From: Tubulanus polymorphus
Taxonomy: Eukaryota; Animalia; Nemertea
Assembly (NCBI RefSeq): GCF_964204645.1
Contig: NC_134027.1
Location: 19,802,560-19,866,559, forward strand
Reading direction: 5' to 3'
Length of the DNA stretch: 64,000 bases
Shown: positions 62,810-64,000 of the stretch, piece by piece
Layout: every line of letters starts with the position of its first letter
How positions within the stretch are numbered: the first letter of the stretch is position 1
Notes under the pieces: generated by a model
What the model was told of the DNA's origin: nothing
What the model saw: the letters and a program-made list of their open reading frames with translations, nothing else
The model's database searches: none
Made by a program: the position numbers and the translations under genes

Positions 62810-62850
62810 TTATTTAACAAAAAAATTAATTATTTATTTTTAATCATGGT

Positions 62851-64000
62851 TTACTTGATATTTTTTGATATCATATTCACTAACCCAAAAATAATAGCAC
62901 TTACAACTGTGATTAAAAATAAAATAATATGTTCAGCAGCAAAGTTAAGAATATTACCTGCAGATTTCAATATAAAACCAACAATTGAAGCAATAACTCC
63001 TGGTAATGCTGCAGCAGATTTTTTAGATAGTTCCCATAAATATTTTGCTAATTTCTTTAAACCATCTTTAACTTTATCTTGTATAGAATTATTGCTTGGG
63101 GGTTTATCTGGTTTATTGGGAGTGGGAGTAGGAGTAGATTTCAAAGCATTTGATATAGCTAAACCAATTGTTGTAAATAACATAGTTACAGCTGTTAGAA
63201 TTGAAAGAATTGTTATTCCTTCTAATTTAAATAATAACTTTATTCTGTCTTTTAATGATATTTCAGAATTCGGTTTAATCAACAAATCTTTAAAAATAAC
63301 TTTTAATCTATTAATATTATAATCATATGATTTTAATAATAATTTAATTTCTTCTTTTTGTACTTCTAAATTATCTTTTAAATTATTAATTTCTTTTTCT
63401 AAACGTAATTCTTTTTTTCTATGTTCTATTTCATCAATTACTTGATGATCTAAATCAGACTTTAATTGTTCTATTTCTTTATTTTTATCAGTTCTATATT
63501 TTTCTAAAAATCTAATTTTAATATCTCTTTTACTTTTTTCATGCGCAATTTTATCAGCTGATTCTTGCATACCTTTAATTTATCTACGTGTTTGTTCAGG
63601 AAATGCTTCTAATTCATCATCAGTTAAATCAGGGAAGTGTGATGACACACAGGGAAGTGTGATGACACTCATCACACTTCCCTGGTTAAATCAAATAATC
63701 CTTTTTCTAGTAAAGATTGTATTCGATTTATTCCAGTTTCAGTACCGGGTGTATCTAAAATACTATTCATCTCTTCGTCAAATGAATGAATTACATCTAA
63801 CATGCTATCAAAATGTTTTCCTAATTGTAATTGACTTGAATCATTATCAATTTGTTGAGTGTCTCTTCTCGATGTTTCAGGTGTTGAAGATCTCAATCTA
63901 TCTCTATTCTCTTCCATTTCCGTTTCTGGTTCTAAATTATCATAGATTTTGTCAAATAACTCATTAATTCTTATTTTAAATAATTTTTTATAGTAATCTA
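62851..64000 (-). pseudogene. Coiled-coil/membrane Polinton protein, interrupted
   Basis: Homolog of 12589-13790; interrupted by the footprint at 63630-63684. Confidence 0.7.
63623..63691. mobile_element. P-element-like excision footprint
   Basis: GTTAAAT + CAGGGAAGTGTGATGAC (17 nt, twice) + TCATCACACTTCCCTG + GTTAAAT; absent from element B at ~13337. Confidence 0.7.

Larger units (their letters stand above)
54792..64000. mobile_element. Polinton element D, left part, best preserved, same subfamily as B
   Basis: Starts AGTAATAGGG after host DNA (candidate 6-bp TSD TAAACC); intact integrase and MCP; runs off the window. Confidence 0.93.

Overview
Repeat-dense eukaryotic nuclear DNA, probably from an invertebrate animal (inferred from spliceosomal introns and BEL/Pao, CR1/L2-like, Helentron, Harbinger and P-like elements). 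About 60% of the window is made of very AT-rich endogenous Polinton/Maverick (adintovirus-like) elements: A (1-5739, right part), B (5740-20349, nearly complete but decayed), C (~42790-51420, decayed), D (54792 to the window end, best preserved) and an orphan minor-capsid gene (29676-30405). They encode protein-primed PolB, a chromodomain integrase, a packaging ATPase, major and minor capsid proteins, an HNH nuclease and a putative SSB. Main points: (1) a 355-aa LAGLIDADG intein resembling giant-virus PolB inteins sits in the catalytic YFD/TDS motif of pPolB in A and C, while B has the empty allele; (2) the element ends are ~266-bp fold-back hairpins with covariation and strand-biased G-T wobbles; (3) A appears inserted into the terminal hairpin of B; (4) nearly all viral genes start at a poxvirus-like TAAATG motif, yet one gene has a candidate spliceosomal intron and lies beside an interchangeable palindromic repeat array; (5) a 21-24-nt GC-rich hairpin motif recurs in frame in different genes; (6) there are two P-element-like excision footprints. 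Between the Polintons lie a decayed BEL/Pao element, MITEs, a HINE, LINEs, a solo LTR and a spliced minus-strand host gene for a small secreted cysteine-rich protein. All family assignments rest on motif recognition; no database searches were run.
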